Below are positions 26,472 to 35,072 of a stretch of DNA of 64,000 nt, in pieces. A model generated the notes under the pieces. That model saw only the letters and a list, made by a program, of their open reading frames with translations, was not told the origin of the DNA and did no database searches. The DNA is from Paracoccaceae bacterium. Its GTDB lineage: Bacteria > Pseudomonadota > Alphaproteobacteria > Rhodobacterales > Rhodobacteraceae. Position 1 is the first letter of the stretch, and each line of letters opens with the position of its first letter. Position numbers and translations under genes: made by a program. Where the stretch lies: NCBI GenBank assembly GCA_046155885.1, contig JBJXFU010000013.1:1070-65069 (forward strand), in the 5' to 3' direction.

Positions 26472-27425
26472 ATGACCGCCTTGCCGCTGCTCGACGCCGA
26501 AGAACTTCGCACCCTGTCGGGCCTGGCCCGGCGCGCGCTCTGGGCGCCGCCTTCGGTGCGTGCCGCGCTGCAGGCGCAGAACGTGAACATCACCCCGGCG
26601 AACTTCTATTCGGCGATCCCCTCGATCGCCGAAATCGACCGGTCATGGGAGCACCGCCGCCCGGGCGAGGAGGTTTTCAACGGCGGGCTGTTCGATCCGC
26701 CGGCGCTTGCGGCCTGGCTTGACCGGCTGGCCCCCTTCGCAGACGAGTTTGACCCGCCTCTTGACCCGCCGGACCCGAAGGACGGCGGCGCGCCGGCCTT
26801 CCACTGGCGGAACCCGGCCTTTTCCTACAGCGATGCCCTGGCCTATTACTGCACGATCCGGGCGCTGCAGCCCGAGGGTATCGTCGAAGTCGGCGCGGGC
26901 TTTTCCACCCTGATCGCCGATCTGGCGCTGAGGCGGAACGGGCACGGCCGGCTGACGGTGATCGAGCCCTGGCCGAAGCCCTTCCTGCGCAAGCTCGAGA
27001 CGATCGGCAGTCTGATCGAGGAACCGGTGCAGGACGTTCCGCTGGCCCGTCTGGTCGGTCTGGTCGAAGAGGCCGGGCTGTGGTTCATCGATTCGACCCA
27101 TACGGTGAAGAGCGGCAGCGACTGCCTGTGGCTCTACCTCAAGGCGATGCCGGCCCTGTCACGCGAGGTGGTGGTGCATTCGCACGACATCTTCCTGCCC
27201 TTCGGGTTCCCCAAGGGGCCGATGCAGGAAAAGCAGATCTACTGGACCGAACAATATCTGCTCTACGCCTATCTGCTCGACAACCCGCGGGCCGAGGTGC
27301 TGTTTTCAAGCGCCTACGGCACGGCGCGCATGGCGGACCGGCTGGGCGCGTTCATGGGCGGGAAGTACCCGATGGGCGGGGGGTCGATCTGGTACCGCAT
27401 CCGTCCGAAGCGGGAGGCCGCCTGA
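26472..27425 (+). CDS. Class I SAM-dependent methyltransferase-like protein
   Basis: 317 aa from ATG 26472 (MTALPLLDAEEL). SAM motif I-like IVEVGAGFSTLIADLA, then WFIDSTHTVKSGSD. The track ORF upstream extension (from 26262) is Arg-rich. Confidence 0.7.
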   Translation: MTALPLLDAEELRTLSGLARRALWAPPSVRAALQAQNVNITPANFYSAIPSIAEIDRSWEHRRPGEEVFNGGLFDPPALAAWLDRLAPFADEFDPPLDPPDPKDGGAPAFHWRNPAFSYSDALAYYCTIRALQPEGIVEVGAGFSTLIADLALRRNGHGRLTVIEPWPKPFLRKLETIGSLIEEPVQDVPLARLVGLVEEAGLWFIDSTHTVKSGSDCLWLYLKAMPALSREVVVHSHDIFLPFGFPKGPMQEKQIYWTEQYLLYAYLLDNPRAEVLFSSAYGTARMADRLGAFMGGKYPMGGGSIWYRIRPKREAA

Positions 27426-27877
27426 GGCCGGCTGTCAGGGGATCCGGCCAGGAAGGCGCGAGATGCGGGGTTCTGCGCGATCCGCGAGGGTCGCGGGCGG
27501 AGGCGGCGGGGACGACGCCCGGGCGGTGCGAGAAGAGGCTGCGGACGGACGGAGCGGGCGGACGTCGGGTACCCCGGTGGGGCCGACTGGCGGAGTGGAC
27601 GCACAGAGAAGACGGGCGGAGCGGGCGGGCGGCCTCTTCGGAGGCCGGGAACGGGCCGTCTGGCTGGCTTTCCCCATGCTGTGCGCGGGAAGGCCGAGGC
27701 GCGGGTAGGTGAGGGAAGAGACCCGGAGCCTCGGTTGGCCTGTCGCGTATGAACCGAACCGGCCCCGCAGGCACCGGGAACCGATCGGGGACGATCCGGA
27801 GCAGCGCACGGACGAAACGGGCCACAGCCCCGCCAACTTCCGTCGCGGCGCGACCGTCCCCCGCCGGGCGGCCGGGG

Positions 27878-28084
27878 TCAGAGCAGCTTGAGGTCCGAGG
27901 CCGACGAACGGCCGTCGCGGCCGGACTGCAACTCGTAGCTGACCTTCTGGTTGTCGTTGAGCGACTTCAGCCCGGCGCGCTCGACCGCCGAAACATGGAC
28001 AAAGATGTCCTTGCCGCCGTCATCGGGCGCGATGAAGCCGTAGCCCTTCGTCGAGTTGAACCACTTGACCGTTCCGGTGGCCAT
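27878..28084 (-). CDS. cspA: Cold-shock protein, CspA family
   Basis: 68 aa MATGTVKWFNSTKGYGFIAPDDGGKDIFVHVSAVERAG... with RNP1/RNP2 motifs. Confidence 0.95.
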   Translation of the reverse strand: MATGTVKWFNSTKGYGFIAPDDGGKDIFVHVSAVERAGLKSLNDNQKVSYELQSGRDGRSSASDLKLL

Positions 28085-28328
28085 TCCCGTCTTCTCCTCG
28101 GTCTTGACTCCCCCCGCGCCATTGCGGGGGCCGTGCAGCCAGGTCTTTCGGTCAGTCCGGCTGCCCCATTTCATCGAGGGAGCGGTGGGAAAGTCTGCGT
28201 TCACGCGCTTGGGATGATCCTATATCCGCCAAAAAAATCAAGATTAACCATTTGCACGGCTGTCTTGGGCGGTACGGGGCTGGCAAAGGCCGCTGCGCGA
28301 ACCGGGCGGGCGCGCGGCCGGCGCGGGT

Positions 28329-28895
28329 CTAGCCCGGCGCCTCGCGCCCGAGGACGGCGCGGCGCAGCATGCGGTCGACAGAGAGCGCGCCGCCGCCGAG
28401 CGCGGCGAGGACGAGGAACAGAAGCACCCAGAGCGCCCGCTGGTCGAGGATCAGCGCCCCCGAGGCCGCGTCGAGCCAGCGCCCGAGATCGTCGCCGCTG
28501 ACGCCGTGCCCGTAGATGTCGGTGAGGCTCTGCACGAGGACGAAGCCGATCATCCCCAATGCGGCAAGGCGGGTGAAGGCGCCGGCCACGATGAGGAGCG
28601 GCAGGGCGAACTCGGCCCACATCCCGGCGGTGACGACCGCCCATTGCATGAGCCCTAGCTTCGAGACGTCATAGCCCGCGGCCTCGGTCAGGCGGGGGAA
28701 GACCTGGACATAGGCGCCGTCCGAGGGGAACAGGAACCCCAATGCGCCGGTCCCGAGTTTCGTCGCGCCGGAGGACCAGAAGTAGACGAGAAGCACCGCG
28801 GCGAAGCAGAGCCGTGCTGCCAGCGGCAGGAGCGAGGGGGCGAGCGCCGCACTACGGTCGCCGAGGTCGGCGAGACCGCGCAAGAGGGTGAACAT
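28329..28895 (-). CDS. bufD: DoxX-family membrane protein (BufD-like)
   Basis: 188 aa with 4 TM segments. It is the last gene of the DUF2282/DUF692/DUF2063 operon, and its ATG overlaps the upstream stop (ATGA). Confidence 0.8.
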   Translation of the reverse strand: MFTLLRGLADLGDRSAALAPSLLPLAARLCFAAVLLVYFWSSGATKLGTGALGFLFPSDGAYVQVFPRLTEAAGYDVSKLGLMQWAVVTAGMWAEFALPLLIVAGAFTRLAALGMIGFVLVQSLTDIYGHGVSGDDLGRWLDAASGALILDQRALWVLLFLVLAALGGGALSVDRMLRRAVLGREAPG

Positions 28896-29632
28896 CAGGG
28901 TTCTCCGTGAAGGATGCCGGTGACGGCGCTATGGCCGAGAAGCAGCGAGAGGGTTCCGGCGAACGCCTCCGGCCCCGGCATGGCGGCGACCGCGAGCGGC
29001 TCGCCCGCGAGCAGTGCCGCGAGGACGGTGCCGCCGCCCAAGGGCAGAAGGCAGGGTTCGGGGTCGAAGCCGCGCCTGAGGACGGCGATGTCCTCGGCGA
29101 TCTTCCGCGCCGGGGCGGGGGCGTCCCGGGTGTTCGCGGCCCAGATCGAGAAGACCGGCCAGGGCGAGCGGACGAGCCTTGCGGAAGGAGAGAGCGCGAG
29201 ACGGGTGGATTCAGGGGGAAGGTCGGGCAGGCGGGCCAGCGCGCCGGCGGAAAGGGGCGGGGCGTCGGCGGCGTGGTAGGAGTCGAGGATCGCCAGTTCC
29301 AGCCGCGCCACGTCGGGCAGGTAGCCCAGATGCGCGGCAGGTCCGAAGGCGGCGAGGAAATCGGGCATCGCCGCGCCGTACCCGGCCATCACCGGCGAGG
29401 AAGGCGGATGCTGGCGCAAGAAGATTCCGGCCATCGCCTTGAAGAAGTCCTCGCCCACAAGTTTCCTCAGGACCGGGAACTGGGTTTCGAGCGCCTCGGT
29501 CAGGCCGACAGCCACGTTGTTGCGGTAGACCGCGAAGCGCCGCCCGGCGGGCTCGCCCCCCGGGCCGCGAAGGTTCGCGGGCGGCGGCGCGTCGGGGTCG
29601 AGCAGCGCGGATCGGAACGCCGGTTCGATCAT
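28895..29632 (-). CDS. bufC: DUF2063-family protein (MNIO partner, BufC/HvfC-like)
   Basis: 245 aa from ATG 29632 ([13 protein letters not shown]). Contains [32 protein letters not shown], typical of DUF2063. ATGA overlap with the DUF692 gene. Confidence 0.85.
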   Translation of the reverse strand: MIEPAFRSALLDPDAPPPANLRGPGGEPAGRRFAVYRNNVAVGLTEALETQFPVLRKLVGEDFFKAMAGIFLRQHPPSSPVMAGYGAAMPDFLAAFGPAAHLGYLPDVARLELAILDSYHAADAPPLSAGALARLPDLPPESTRLALSPSARLVRSPWPVFSIWAANTRDAPAPARKIAEDIAVLRRGFDPEPCLLPLGGGTVLAALLAGEPLAVAAMPGPEAFAGTLSLLLGHSAVTGILHGEP

Positions 29633-30489
29633 CGCGACGCGCCTGCGAGGATGGACTGCGCCAGGCCGGCTTCCTGCGCAAGGACGGGCCAGTCCGGCAC
29701 GGCGTTGTCCCATTCGATCAGCGTCGGGCGCGCCCCGGCCTTGGCGATGACATGCGCGTAGAGCGACCAGACCGGGTCCGCGACCTCGCGGCTGTGGCTG
29801 TCGATCAAGAGCGGTGCGCCGAGGTCGTCGGTATCGGCGTCGTGGCCGCCAAGGTGGATTTCGCCCACCTCCGCAAGGGGGAAGGCGGCGATGTAGTCGC
29901 GGGGATCGAAGCGCAGGTTGGTGGCCGAGACGAAGACGTTGTTGACGTCAAGAAGAAGCCCGCAGCCGGTCCGGCGGGCGATTTCGGCGAGGAAATCGGT
30001 TTCGCTCATCCCGGCATCGGCGAAGATCAGATAGCTCGACGGGTTCTCCAGGAGCATCCGGCGGCCGAGCCGGTCCTGCACCTCATCGATATGCGCGGCG
30101 ACGCGGGCGAGGGTCGACTCGGTGTAGGGCAGCGGCAGGAGGTCGTTGAAGTAGGCGCCGTCATGGGTGGACCAGGCGAGGTGCTCGGAGAAGCTCGCGG
30201 GGGCGATCAGGTCGACCAGGCGCCGCAGTCGGGCGAGGTGGTCGCGATCCAGGGGGCCTTCGCCGCCGATGGACAGGCCGACGCCGTGAACGGATATCGG
30301 AAACCGCTCGGCCAGGTGGCGCAGCTGGGCGATCGGGCGGCCGCCGTCGCCCATGTAGTTCTCGGCGTGGATTTCCAGCCACCTGACCGCCCCGGGATCG
30401 GCCATGATGTCGGAAAAGTGCCGTGGCTTGTAGCCGACGCCCGGCGCGTCCGGCAGCCCGCGGCCTTCTGATCGGTCGAACATCGCCAT
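29629..30489 (-). CDS. bufB: DUF692-family multinuclear non-heme iron oxidase (MNIO; BufB/HvfB/MbnB-like)
   Basis: 286 aa from ATG 30489 (MAMFDRSEG). Motifs [47 protein letters not shown] and EIHLGGH are present. Confidence 0.9.
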   Translation of the reverse strand: MAMFDRSEGRGLPDAPGVGYKPRHFSDIMADPGAVRWLEIHAENYMGDGGRPIAQLRHLAERFPISVHGVGLSIGGEGPLDRDHLARLRRLVDLIAPASFSEHLAWSTHDGAYFNDLLPLPYTESTLARVAAHIDEVQDRLGRRMLLENPSSYLIFADAGMSETDFLAEIARRTGCGLLLDVNNVFVSATNLRFDPRDYIAAFPLAEVGEIHLGGHDADTDDLGAPLLIDSHSREVADPVWSLYAHVIAKAGARPTLIEWDNAVPDWPVLAQEAGLAQSILAGASR

Positions 30490-30506
30490 CCCCCAAGGGT
30501 CGTCCG

Positions 30507-30530
30507 CCCCCGGGCGGCGTGGCCCGGGGG
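30507..30530 (-). promoter_or_regulatory. Perfect 9-bp GC stem-loop (CCCCCGGGC-N6-GCCCGGGGG) between precursor gene and MNIO gene
   Basis: Read directly. It sits in the 56-nt bufA-bufB spacer and has no U-tract after it. Confidence 0.45.
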
Positions 30531-30545
30531 TCGGCGCGGTCAGCC

Positions 30546-30836
30546 TCAGCCCTGCGGCAGGTCGCGGTCGAGGGCCTCGAGCGCGCCCATGCGGCCGTCG
30601 GGCAGTTCCATCGTGGTGCAGGTGCCGGCCGGGACGAGCTTCCAGGAATTGCCCTGGTAGTCGACCTTCGAGGTGCCCGCGCAGGTGGTGCCGGCGCCGG
30701 CGGCGCAGTCGTTCTTGCCGGCGAGCGACACGCCGAAGCATTTCTCCATATCGGCTGCGCTGGCCGCCGAGACGGTCAGGCCGGAAAGCGCGGTGGCGAG
30801 CGCCGTCGCAAGCAGGGCGCGGTTCGAAACGTTCAT
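30546..30836 (-). CDS. bufA: DUF2282-family secreted Cys-containing RiPP precursor (BufA/HvfA-like)
   Basis: 96 aa: [27 protein letters not shown]|[82 protein letters not shown] lies immediately upstream of ATG 30836. Confidence 0.88.
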   Translation of the reverse strand: MNVSNRALLATALATALSGLTVSAASAADMEKCFGVSLAGKNDCAAGAGTTCAGTSKVDYQGNSWKLVPAGTCTTMELPDGRMGALEALDRDLPQG

Positions 30837-30884
30837 CTTCTTCCTCCAGTGATATGGCGCCGTCGTGGCGTCCGTGGTTGTCCA

Positions 30885-30910
30885 TTCGGGACGGTGCCGC
30901 CGGTCGTTAC
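30885..30910 (-). promoter_or_regulatory. ECF (SigF-type) promoter GTAACG-N16-CGAA driving bufABCD
   Basis: On the minus strand, GTAACG is at 30910-30905, followed by an exact 16-nt spacer and CGAA at 30888-30885. It lies about 45 nt upstream of the bufA ATG. The same motif occurs on the opposite strand upstream of sigF. Confidence 0.55.
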
Positions 30911-30957
30911 CGGCGTCACGAAAGGGTGAATGGCTGGTGCATTTCCGCGCCCCTGTT

Positions 30958-30983
30958 GTAACGTTTCGCCCGTAACAGGCGAA
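30958..30983 (+). promoter_or_regulatory. ECF (SigF-type) promoter GTAACG-N16-CGAA driving sigF-nrsF (autoregulation)
   Basis: GTAACG at 30958-30963, a 16-nt spacer and CGAA at 30980-30983. It lies 17 nt upstream of the TTG 31000 start. Confidence 0.55.
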
Positions 30984-30999
30984 GTGAAGATTACCGGGA

Positions 31000-31551
31000 T
31001 TGTCCGACCGCGAACATCTCTGGGCCGAACTCATGCGCCGGGCGAACCGGGGCGATGCCGCAGCCTATGCGCGGTTTCTGTCCGAGTCGGCGCCTGTCAT
31101 TCGCGGTGTCGTTGCGGCTCGCGGCAGATCGCTTGGCGCGGAAGTCGAGGATGTGGTGCAGGAAGTGCTGCTTGCCGTTCATGCCAAACGCCATACCTGG
31201 CGCGAAGCGGATGCCCTGCTGCCGTGGCTTTATGCCATAGCCCGCTACAAGACCGCCGACGCGGCGCGCCGGCGGCGCGGGGGCGAGACGGTTCAGGTCG
31301 AGGAACTGGCTGACACCCTGCCGGCGGAGCCGGGGGGGGACCTGACGGCCGGGCGCGATATCGGACGGCTGCTCGGCCGGATCGACGGGCGCTCGGCGTC
31401 GATTGTCCGCGCGATCGGGGTCGAGGAGGAAAGCGCCGAGGCGGTGGCGATGCGGATGGGGATGACAGGGGGCGCGGTCCGGGTGGCGTATCACCGGGCG
31501 ATGACGCGGCTCCGCCGGCTGGCGGGTGCCGGGGAAGAGGAACGGGAATGA
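31000..31551 (+). CDS. sigF: ECF RNA polymerase sigma factor (SigF-like)
   Basis: 183 aa. Region 2 reads [17 protein letters not shown]...[12 protein letters not shown] and region 4 reads [32 protein letters not shown]. Start is TTG 31000, with ATG 31033 as an alternative. Confidence 0.85.
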   Translation: MSDREHLWAELMRRANRGDAAAYARFLSESAPVIRGVVAARGRSLGAEVEDVVQEVLLAVHAKRHTWREADALLPWLYAIARYKTADAARRRRGGETVQVEELADTLPAEPGGDLTAGRDIGRLLGRIDGRSASIVRAIGVEEESAEAVAMRMGMTGGAVRVAYHRAMTRLRRLAGAGEEERE

Positions 31552-32192
31552 AGACCGACGATCTGATCGCCGTGCTGGCCGCAGAAACCGGGACGGCAGG
31601 CACCTGGGCGGGCCTGCGGGGGACCGCGCTTTTGGCGGCGGGCGGCGGGCTGGGCGCGGCGCTTCTGATTTTCGCGCTGTTCTACGGGGTCAGGCCGGAC
31701 CTTTCTGTGGCGCTGCGCGACCCGATGGTGGCCTGCAAGACGCTGCTGCCGGCCCTGGCCGCGCTGGCCGCCCTGCCGCTGGCGCTTGGGGCGGCCCGGC
31801 CGGGCGCCGCCGCGCCGTCCCTTGCGAAGGCGGCCCTGGCTTTGCCCGTCATCGGCGCCGCGCTGGTTATCGCGGCCTGGGTGCAGACGGCCCCGGCGGA
31901 CCGGATGGTCCGGTTCATCGGCCATTCGATTCCGGTTTGTGTCCCCTCGATCATCCTGCTGTCGGCACCGGTCCTCGCAGGGCTTCTTGCGGTGCTGCGC
32001 TCTGGCGCTCCGGACCGGCCCGCCCGCTGCGGGGCCTTTGCCGGGCTTGCGGCGGGAAGTCTGGCGGCGGTGATCTACGGGTTCTACTGCAACGAGGATT
32101 CGCCGCTTTTCTACGTCTTCTGGTACGGCACCGGCATCCTTGCGGCGACCCTGATCGGGGCCTCCGCCGGATCGCGGCTTCTGCGCTGGTAG
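31548..32192 (+). CDS. nrsF: NrsF-family (DUF1109) membrane anti-sigma factor
   Basis: 214 aa with an [14 protein letters not shown]-terminus and 6 predicted TM segments. Its ATG overlaps the sigF stop (ATGA). Confidence 0.85.
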   Translation: MKTDDLIAVLAAETGTAGTWAGLRGTALLAAGGGLGAALLIFALFYGVRPDLSVALRDPMVACKTLLPALAALAALPLALGAARPGAAAPSLAKAALALPVIGAALVIAAWVQTAPADRMVRFIGHSIPVCVPSIILLSAPVLAGLLAVLRSGAPDRPARCGAFAGLAAGSLAAVIYGFYCNEDSPLFYVFWYGTGILAATLIGASAGSRLLRW

Positions 32193-32202
32193 GCGCCGGG
32201 GC

Positions 32203-34155
32203 TCAGGCCGTCCGCAGGTCGGGGGGAGTGGCTTCGGCTGCGAGCGCGGTCAGCGCGGCTTCGAGCGGCATCGGTGCGGTCTGTGACTCGCCGAGGCGGC
32301 GGACCGAGACCGTGCGCGCGGCGACTTCCTGCATGCCGATCGCCAGAAGCACCGGCACCTTGCCGATCGAGTGTTCGCGGACCTTGTAGTTGATCTTCTC
32401 ATTGCGCGTGTCGGCCTCGGCCCTCAGCCCGATGGCCTTCAGACGGTCGACGATCTCGGTCACGAAAGGGTCGGCGTCCGAGACGATGGAGGCGACGACC
32501 ACCTGCCGGGGGGCGAGCCAGAAGGGAAGGCGGCCCGCGTAGTTCTCGATCAGGATGCCGATGAAGCGCTCGAAGCTGCCGAGGATGGCGCGGTGCAGCA
32601 TCACCGGCGTGTGCTTCATCCCGTCTTCGGCCACATACTCGGCGCCAAGGCGCAGCGGCGTGTTGAAGTCGGCCTGGAAGGTGCCGCACTGCCATTCCCG
32701 GCCGATGGCGTCGGTCAGCTTGAAGTCGAGCTTGGGCCCGTAGAAGGCACCGTCGCCGGGGTTGATCGTGTAGGGGTAGCCGGCCTTTTCGATCGCCTGC
32801 GCGAGCGCGGTCTCGGCCTTGTCCCAGACCTCGTCCGAGCCGACGCGCACCTCGGGGCGGGTCGATAGTTTAATGTCGAACTTCGGGAAGCCGAGGTCCC
32901 GGTAGATCGACGACAGAAGCCCGAGGAAGCCGGCGCATTCCGCTTCGAGCTGGTCCACGGTGCAGAAGATGTGGGCGTCGTCCTGGGTGAAACCGCGCAC
33001 CCGCATCAGGCCGTGCATGGAGCCTGACGATTCGTAGCGGTGGCAGGAGCCGAATTCGGCCAGCCGCAGCGGCAGGTCGCGGTAGGACTTCAGGCCCTGG
33101 TTGTAGACCTGCACATGGCAGGGGCAGTTCATCGGCTTCAGCGCGTTGATGCGCTTTTCCTTGGCGCCCTCTTCGTCCACCTCGACCAGGAACATGTTCT
33201 CGCGGTAGGCCTCCCAGTGGCCCGACTTTTCCCAAAGGATGCGGTCCACGACCTGGGGCGTGCGGATTTCCTTGTAGCCGGCGGTGCGGAGACGGCGGCG
33301 CATGTAGTCTTCCAGCACACGCCAGATCGACCAGCCGTTCGGGTGCCAGAAGATCATGCCAGGGGCTTCTTCCTGGAGGTGGAAAAGCTCCATCTCGCGG
33401 CCGAGCTTGCGGTGGTCGCGCTTGGCGGCCTCTTCCAGCATGGTCAGGTGCGCCTTCAGGTCGTCGCGGTTCCTGAACGCCACGCCGTAGATGCGCTGGA
33501 GCTGCTTGTTGCGGTGGTCGCCCCGCCAGTAGGCCCCGGCGACCGAGGTGAGCTTGAAGGCGTCTGCGGGAAGCTGGCCGGTGTGCTGGAAATGCGGGCC
33601 CCGGCAGAGGTCCTGCCAGTGGCCGTGCCAGTACATCCGAAGCGGTTCGCCTTCGGGGATCGCTTCGACCAGTTCGACCTTGAAGGGCTCTTTCTTGCGC
33701 AGGTAGTAGTCGATGGCCCGCGCGCGGTCCCAGACTTCGGTCTTCACCGGATCGCGCGCGGCGATGATCGCCTTCATTTCCTTTTCGATGGCGGCCAGGT
33801 CGTCGGGCGTGAAGGGTTCGACGCGGTCGAAATCGTAGAACCAGCCGTTTTCAATGACCGGGCCGATGGTGACCTTCACCTCGGGCCAGAGCGTCTGCAC
33901 GGCGCGGGCCATGACATGGGCGAAGTCGTGGCGGATGAGTTCCAGCGCCTGGGCGTCGTCCTTCATGGTGTGGATGGCGATGGTGGCGTCGGCAGTGATC
34001 GGCCATTGCAGGTCGAAGTGGCGGCCGTCGACCTTGGCCGAGATCGCGGCCTTGCCGAGCGAGGGTGCGATTGCGGTCGCGACTTCGGCGGGGGTGACGC
34101 CGCGCGGGTAATCGCGCGTGTTGCCGTCGGGAAATGTCAGGGAAATCTGGCTCAT
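32203..34155 (-). CDS. thrS: Threonine--tRNA ligase
   Basis: 650 aa with a TGS domain N-terminus ([19 protein letters not shown]), class II motifs and an anticodon-binding C-terminus. Confidence 0.97.
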   Translation of the reverse strand: MSQISLTFPDGNTRDYPRGVTPAEVATAIAPSLGKAAISAKVDGRHFDLQWPITADATIAIHTMKDDAQALELIRHDFAHVMARAVQTLWPEVKVTIGPVIENGWFYDFDRVEPFTPDDLAAIEKEMKAIIAARDPVKTEVWDRARAIDYYLRKKEPFKVELVEAIPEGEPLRMYWHGHWQDLCRGPHFQHTGQLPADAFKLTSVAGAYWRGDHRNKQLQRIYGVAFRNRDDLKAHLTMLEEAAKRDHRKLGREMELFHLQEEAPGMIFWHPNGWSIWRVLEDYMRRRLRTAGYKEIRTPQVVDRILWEKSGHWEAYRENMFLVEVDEEGAKEKRINALKPMNCPCHVQVYNQGLKSYRDLPLRLAEFGSCHRYESSGSMHGLMRVRGFTQDDAHIFCTVDQLEAECAGFLGLLSSIYRDLGFPKFDIKLSTRPEVRVGSDEVWDKAETALAQAIEKAGYPYTINPGDGAFYGPKLDFKLTDAIGREWQCGTFQADFNTPLRLGAEYVAEDGMKHTPVMLHRAILGSFERFIGILIENYAGRLPFWLAPRQVVVASIVSDADPFVTEIVDRLKAIGLRAEADTRNEKINYKVREHSIGKVPVLLAIGMQEVAARTVSVRRLGESQTAPMPLEAALTALAAEATPPDLRTA

Positions 34156-34325
34156 GGCCGTCTCCTCGTCGGTCTGGCGCCTACGGAACGCCCGGTTGCG
34201 GGTTGGTGGGGCGCTTTTTGCGGGGTTCGGAGCGGGCTGTCAACGGGAAGGGGGCTCTGCCCCCGTCCTTCGGACTCCCCCGGGATATTTTTGCCAAGAT
34301 GAAGCCCGAAGGGTAAAAGGCGGGC

Positions 34326-35072
34326 ATGGTCGAGTATCTGGACAGCGGCGAGGGGCGGCGGCTGGCGTATGTGCGGAGCGCGGGCGCGGGGCCGGGGGTG
34401 ATGTTCCTCGGCGGGTTCGTGTCGGACATGACCGGGACGAAGGCGGTGGCGCTGGAGGCCTGGGCGAAGGCGCAGGGGCGCGCCTTCGTGCGGTTCGACT
34501 ATTCCGGGCATGGCGCGTCGTCGGGGCGGTTCGAGGAGGGGTGCATCGGCGACTGGCTGGAGGATGCGCGCGCGGTGCTGGAGGCATCGGGCGGCCCGCA
34601 GGTGCTGGTCGGGTCGTCGATGGGGGGCTGGATCGCGCTGCTGCTGGCGCGCGAGATGCCGGAGAAGGTGGCGGGGCTGGTGACCATCGCGGCGGCGCCG
34701 GACTTCACCGATGAACTCTTGGCAACGCTCAGCGGTACCGAACGCGCCGCGCTCGACCGTGACGGGGTGGTGGGGCGCCCGTCGGATTATTCGCCCGAGG
34801 GCTACGTCTTCACGCGGCGGCTCTTTGAGGACGGCGCACGGCACCGGGTTTTCGGGCGGGCGCTGTCGCTGCCGATACCGGTGAGGATGTTTCAGGGGAC
34901 AGGGGATGCCGAGGTCGCGCCCGAAACGGCAACGCGGCTGCTCGGCCATGCGGACGGCGCGGATATCCGGCTGACCCTGGTCAAGGGCGCCGACCACCGG
35001 TTTTCGACCCCCGACTGTCTGCGGCTGGTGGGCGAGGCGGTCGACGAGGTGACGGCGCGCGCCCCTAGATGA
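34326..35072 (+). CDS. Alpha/beta hydrolase
   Basis: 248 aa with the nucleophile elbow VGSSMGG and a C-terminal GADHRF His motif. Confidence 0.85.
   Translation: MVEYLDSGEGRRLAYVRSAGAGPGVMFLGGFVSDMTGTKAVALEAWAKAQGRAFVRFDYSGHGASSGRFEEGCIGDWLEDARAVLEASGGPQVLVGSSMGGWIALLLAREMPEKVAGLVTIAAAPDFTDELLATLSGTERAALDRDGVVGRPSDYSPEGYVFTRRLFEDGARHRVFGRALSLPIPVRMFQGTGDAEVAPETATRLLGHADGADIRLTLVKGADHRFSTPDCLRLVGEAVDEVTARAPR

Noticed and set aside
27530-27646. Purine-rich imperfect direct repeats and a TTCG-tetraloop hairpin as a repeat element or CRISPR-like array.
   Set aside because: There are only two imperfect copies and no regular spacer architecture. They are recorded within the cspA-flank finding rather than as a feature.
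30952-30979. CCTGTT...AACAGG inverted repeat around the sigF promoter as an operator.
   Set aside because: The 6-bp arms with a 16-nt loop are largely explained by the GTAACG -35 element and a second GTAAC copy. There is no independent support.
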